From Myxococcota bacterium (lineage in GTDB: Bacteria > Myxococcota_A > UBA9160 > UBA4427): a stretch of DNA of 64,000 nt. Where the stretch lies: the NCBI GenBank assembly GCA_965250285.1, contig OZ252299.1:6080001-6144000 (forward strand), read 5' to 3'. This document shows, one piece after another, positions 60,102 to 64,000 of the stretch. Below the pieces are notes generated by a model. It made no database searches, had not been told where the DNA came from, and saw nothing but the letters and a program-made list of their open reading frames with translations. Every line of letters begins with the position of its first letter. The first letter of the stretch is position 1. The translations under genes were made by a program, and so were the position numbers.

Positions 60102-62282
60102 ATGCTCCGCTTCAACGACATCGCCGACCGGATGATCGAGCAGAATCCGGGGACCGATCTGACGCTGCTGCAGAAGGCGTACGTCTTCAGCGCGAAGGTC
60201 CACGAGGGGCAGGAGCGCCTGAGCGGCGAGCCGTATCTCATTCATCCACTCGAGGTCGCCTATCTGCTCGTCGACATGCGCGTCGACGACGAGACGATCG
60301 CGGCCGCGCTGCTCCACGACACCCTCGAAGACACCCTGACGACGAAGGAAGAGCTCGAGAATCTCTTCGGACCCAAGGTCGCGTTCCTCGTCGAGGGCCT
60401 GACCAAGATCGCGAAGATCGAGTTCAAGAGCGCGCGCGAACGCCAGGCCGAGAACTTCCGCAAGATGCTGATCGCGATGTCGACCGACATTCGCATCCTG
60501 CTGATCAAGCTGGCCGACCGGCTCCACAACATGCGCACGCTCAAGTTCATGAGCGACGACGCGAAGCACCGCATCGCCCAGGAGACGATGGACATCTACG
60601 TGCCGCTGGCGCACCGCCTCGGCATCTACTGGATGAAGCAGGAGCTCGAAGCGCTGTCGTTTCGCGAGCTCCATCCGCACGTCTCCGAAGAGCTCGAGCG
60701 CCAGATTCGCGGCAGCCGCGAGGAGCGCGAGCAGTACGTCGAAGAGGTGATCGACACGATCTCGTCGAAGCTCGGGAGCGCCGGGCTCGAGGCCGAGGTC
60801 AGCGGGCGGCTCAAGGAGCTGTCTTCGATTCACAAGAAGATGCAGGCGCAGTCGCTCGCGCTGCATCAGATCTACGACATGATCGCGTTCCGCGTGGTGG
60901 TGTCGGGGGGCGACGCCGACTGCTACGCGGCGCTCGGGCTGATCCACTCGATGTGGGCGCCGGTGCCGGGGCGCTTCAAGGATTACGTCGCGCTGCCGAA
61001 GCCCAATGGCTACCGCTCGCTGCACACCACAGTGATCGGTCCCTACGGTGAGCGGATGGAGGTGCAGATCCGCACCGCCGAGATGCACGACGACGCCGAG
61101 TTCGGCATCGCGGCGCACTGGAAGTACAAGGAGGGGCTCGGCGAGAGCGGCTCGGACGAGCGGCGATTCGCCTGGCTTCGCGAGCTGCTCGAGCGGCAGC
61201 GCGAGGTGACGAACCCCGACGAGTTCCTCGATGCGGTCAAGATGGATCTCTTCCCCGCCGAGGTCTTCGTCTTTACGCCCCAGGGCGAGGTCTTGAACCT
61301 GCCCCGCGGCGCCACCGCGCTCGACTTCGCCTATGCGATCCACACCGAGATCGGCAATCAGTGCGTCGGCGCACGGGTGAACGGCAAGCAGGTCTCGATT
61401 CGTCACGAGCTGCAAGATGGCGACACCGTCGAGGTGCAGACCGACCCCTACCAGCAGCCGCGCAAGGACTGGCTCGACTTCGTTCATTCGAGCAAAGCGC
61501 GCAGCAACATCCGCCACGCGATCCGCGTCGTCGAACGCAATCGCGCCAGGCAGCTCGGTGAGGACATCCTGAACCGCGAGCTGCGACGCGCCGGCATCTC
61601 GCTCAAGAACGTGCGCGACAGCGGCGAGCTCGCGGCCGCCGCTTCGGCTGAGATCCGCGAAGGCACCGAGGATGATCTGTTCGCGGCGATCTCGTACGGC
61701 AAGCTCGCCGCCTCGAAGGTCGTGAAGCGCCTCAGGGGCGAGGCCGAAGACGAGCCCGAGGCGCAGGCCGCCGAGCGATCGAGCATGGTGCCGAGCCGGA
61801 TCCGCAACCTCTTCTCGCGGTCGCGCGAAGTGCCGGAGGGGTCGGGGATTCGGGTTTCGGGGCACAACGACGTGCTCGTGCGCATCGGCGGCTGCTGCGA
61901 TCCGCTGCCCGGCGACGAGATCGTCGGCTTCGTGACCCGCGGCCGCGGCGTCACGGTGCACAGTCGCGGGTGCCCGCGCACGTTCGAACTCGACACCGAC
62001 CGGCGCATCGACGTCGACTGGGACGATGGTCATGGGGTCGAACGGCGCACCAAGATTCGCGTCCACACCAAGGACGCGCCGGGCGTGCTGGCCAAGGTGA
62101 CCAATGCGATCTCTTCGGCCGGCATCAACATCGCCGGCGTCAAGGTCGAGACGGAGCCGAATGCCGTCCAGGTGACCCAGGATTTCGAGCTGTGGGTCGG
62201 CGACGCCAAGACGCTCACCGCCGTCATGCGCGAGATCCGCCGCGTGAAGGGCGTCGTCGGGGTCGAACGCGTCCGCGGCTGA
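60102..62282 (+). CDS. rel: Long bifunctional (p)ppGpp synthetase/hydrolase (RelA/SpoT homologue)
   Basis: HEGQERLSGEPYLIHP, LLHDTLED (intact HD), RFKDY, YRSLHT, EVQIRT, TGS (DFAYAIHT), CCDPLPGD, ACT. Confidence 0.96.
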   Translation: MLRFNDIADRMIEQNPGTDLTLLQKAYVFSAKVHEGQERLSGEPYLIHPLEVAYLLVDMRVDDETIAAALLHDTLEDTLTTKEELENLFGPKVAFLVEGLTKIAKIEFKSARERQAENFRKMLIAMSTDIRILLIKLADRLHNMRTLKFMSDDAKHRIAQETMDIYVPLAHRLGIYWMKQELEALSFRELHPHVSEELERQIRGSREEREQYVEEVIDTISSKLGSAGLEAEVSGRLKELSSIHKKMQAQSLALHQIYDMIAFRVVVSGGDADCYAALGLIHSMWAPVPGRFKDYVALPKPNGYRSLHTTVIGPYGERMEVQIRTAEMHDDAEFGIAAHWKYKEGLGESGSDERRFAWLRELLERQREVTNPDEFLDAVKMDLFPAEVFVFTPQGEVLNLPRGATALDFAYAIHTEIGNQCVGARVNGKQVSIRHELQDGDTVEVQTDPYQQPRKDWLDFVHSSKARSNIRHAIRVVERNRARQLGEDILNRELRRAGISLKNVRDSGELAAAASAEIREGTEDDLFAAISYGKLAASKVVKRLRGEAEDEPEAQAAERSSMVPSRIRNLFSRSREVPEGSGIRVSGHNDVLVRIGGCCDPLPGDEIVGFVTRGRGVTVHSRGCPRTFELDTDRRIDVDWDDGHGVERRTKIRVHTKDAPGVLAKVTNAISSAGINIAGVKVETEPNAVQVTQDFELWVGDAKTLTAVMREIRRVKGVVGVERVRG

Positions 62283-62283
62283 C

Positions 62284-62547
62284 ATGGCTGACCCTTCCCG
62301 CATCGGCGTGTGCATCCCGACCCCGGGTTCGGTGCGCTTCGACCCGCGCGAAGTCTGCTCATGACCGCCCGCCCGCGCATCAGCGCGCGCATCCCGAGCC
62401 CGGGTTCGGTGCGCTTCGACTCGCGCGAGGTCTGCTCGTGACCGCCGGCCCCCGCGTCAGCGCGTGCATCCCGAGCCTGGGTTCGGTGCGCTTCGACTCG
62501 CGCGAGGTCTGCTCGTGACCGCCGGCCCCCGCATCAGCGCGTGCATC
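62284..62547 (+). repeat. 77-bp tandem repeat x3.4; each unit runs start codon to overlapping stop/start
   Basis: Units begin at 62284, 62361, 62438, 62515; shared core gcatcccga.cc.gggttcggtgcgcttcgac.cgcgcga.gtctgctc(a/g)tga. Confidence 0.95.
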
Positions 62548-63300
62548 ATGGCTGCGGACGACGCCGAGGGGCTCGAACGCTGCGTGAAGGCGCTGCCCTT
62601 CGTCGACGAGATCTGCGTGCTGCTCGACGCCCGCCACGGTGACGCCTGCGCGGCGGTCGCCGAAGCCCATGCCCACCGCATCGAGCGCCACGCCTACGCA
62701 GGCGACGTCGATCAACGTTCGCGCTCGCTCGACATGGCGACGGGGGACTGGGCGCTCGCGCTCGACCCCGACGAGGTCGTGAGCGCGCCCCTGGCCGAAG
62801 AGATCGTGCACGCCGTGCTCGCTGCGCCGCCCGGCGTCGACGGCTTCGAGCTCGACCGCGTGACGTGGCACCTCGGCCGCTGGATCGAGCATGGCGACTT
62901 CCATCCCGACTGGAAGCTGCGCCTGGTCCGCAGTGATCGGGCGCGGGTCGTCGGGCTCGACCCCCACGGCCGCATCGTGGTCGACGGGCGCGTCGAGCGG
63001 CTGCGCGGCCGCCTCGAGCACTACAGCTACCGCGACCTCGCCGATCAGGTGCAGCGCATGGTCTTCTTTTCGGGCGAGGCCGCGCGGGCGCTGCACGCGC
63101 AAGGACGGCGCGCCGGCTTCTCGCATCTCGCGCTGCGTCCGCTCTGGCGCTTCTTTCGGGGCTACGTGCTGAAGCAGGGCTTTCGCGATGGCTGGCCGGG
63201 CTTCATCGTCGCCGCGGTGACCAGCTTCTACGTCTTCCTCAAGTACGCGCGGCTCTGGGAGCTCGGCCGCCGGCGCCGGGAGCTCGGCCGCCGGCGCTGA
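62515..63300 (+). CDS. GT2 glycosyltransferase (WaaE/KdtX-like LPS glucosyltransferase)
   Basis: PRISACIM..LERCVKAL.FVDEI, GDWALALDPDE, PDWKLRL, LEHYSY, YVLKQGFRDGWPG, FLKYARLWE. Confidence 0.88.
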   Translation: MTAGPRISACIMAADDAEGLERCVKALPFVDEICVLLDARHGDACAAVAEAHAHRIERHAYAGDVDQRSRSLDMATGDWALALDPDEVVSAPLAEEIVHAVLAAPPGVDGFELDRVTWHLGRWIEHGDFHPDWKLRLVRSDRARVVGLDPHGRIVVDGRVERLRGRLEHYSYRDLADQVQRMVFFSGEAARALHAQGRRAGFSHLALRPLWRFFRGYVLKQGFRDGWPGFIVAAVTSFYVFLKYARLWELGRRRRELGRRR

Positions 63301-64000
63301 GCTCGCCTTTCGCGATCCCCGTCAGCTCGCGGAAGCGGGCGCTGCGGGCCGCCACGTCGGCCACGGTTCCGTCTTCGACGATGCGCCCGCCGTCGAGCAG
63401 CAGCACCCGGTCGGCTCGGCGGATCGTCGACGTGCGATGGGCGACGACCAGGACGATGCGCTCCCCCCGGAGCCGCTCGATCGCATCCTGCACCAGGCGC
63501 TCGGTTTCGACGTCGAGTGCGCTCGTCGCTTCGTCGAAGACGAAGATGCGTGCATCGCGCAGCAGCGCGCGCGCCACGGCGATGCGCTGCCGCTGTCCGC
63601 CGGACAGGCGCAACCCGAGCTCTCCGAGGCGCGTCTCCGCGCCTTCGGGCAGCGCGCGCGCGAAGTCTTCGACCCGCGCGGCCCGCATCGCCGCGCGTAC
63701 GTCGGCTTCACTGGCGTCCGGTCGCCCGTAGCGGACGTTGTCGACGAGGGTCGCGTCGAAGAGGAAGGGCTCCTGGCTGACGAGCGCGATCGACTCGCGC
63801 AGTGCGTCTCGTCGCAGCGCCCGCACGTCGACGCCCGCGACCGAGATGCCGCCCGCGTCGACGTCGTGGAACCGCAGCAGCAGGTCGACGAGGGTCGTCT
63901 TGCCTGCGCCACTCGCGCCGACGAGCGCGACGACCTCGCCCGGGGCCAGGCGGAACCGCACGCCCTCGAGCAGCGCGCGGCCGTCGGGGCGTGGCGTGTG
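63239..64000 (-). CDS. ABC transporter NBD (MsbA-like), 5' part outside the window
   Basis: GASGAGKTT, VSQEPFLF, LSGGQRQR, FDEATSALD, VAHR. Confidence 0.85.
   Translation of the reverse strand, partial: HTPRPDGRALLEGVRFRLAPGEVVALVGASGAGKTTLVDLLLRFHDVDAGGISVAGVDVRALRRDALRESIALVSQEPFLFDATLVDNVRYGRPDASEADVRAAMRAARVEDFARALPEGAETRLGELGLRLSGGQRQRIAVARALLRDARIFVFDEATSALDVETERLVQDAIERLRGERIVLVVAHRTSTIRRADRVLLLDGGRIVEDGTVADVAARSARFRELTGIAKGELSAGGRAPGAGGRAPRAART

Noticed and set aside
62284..62547. 77-bp repeats as a CRISPR array
   Set aside because: Units are contiguous with no unique spacers, are too long, and no cas genes are in the window.

Overview
GC-rich (about 70%) bacterial chromosomal window. 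Gene content and order suggest Myxococcota or a related deltaproteobacterial lineage; this is inference only. From left to right it contains: (1) a kinase-like gene and a DEDDh exonuclease; (2) a sigma54-type pilA-pilG-pilH-pilI-pilD type IV pilus cluster lying between tRNA-Glu(CTC) and tRNA-Gln(CTG)/gltX; (3) a yceD-rpmF-fabD-acpP-fabF-glyA-nrdR-ribD-ribH-nusB housekeeping run lacking several usual members; (4) a complete ~16 kb chemosensory system with a 64-heptad, ~6-TM MCP, CheA, two CheW, CheR, CheB, two CheY, and uncharacterised accessory proteins (M17-N, DUF4388-REC-GAF, Zn-ribbon atypical REC, HEAT, coiled-coil-GAF); (5) holA, rpsT, a TPR/Cys-rich membrane protein plus a second DUF4388 protein, phoH, ybeY and frameshifting prfB; (6) an outer-membrane/LPS cluster with N-terminally extended LolC/E and BamA, skp, lpxA, lpxI, gnnA-like, lpxB, a KdtA-LpxK fusion, a Kdo-kinase-like gene, two GT9s and hldA; (7) yicC-remA-gmk-rel, followed by a 77-bp tandem repeat that forms three translationally coupled 26-codon mini-ORFs leading into a GT2 gene, and the end of an MsbA-like ABC transporter. 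No mobile element, CRISPR array or rRNA was seen. All family assignments come from motif recognition by eye, not database searches.
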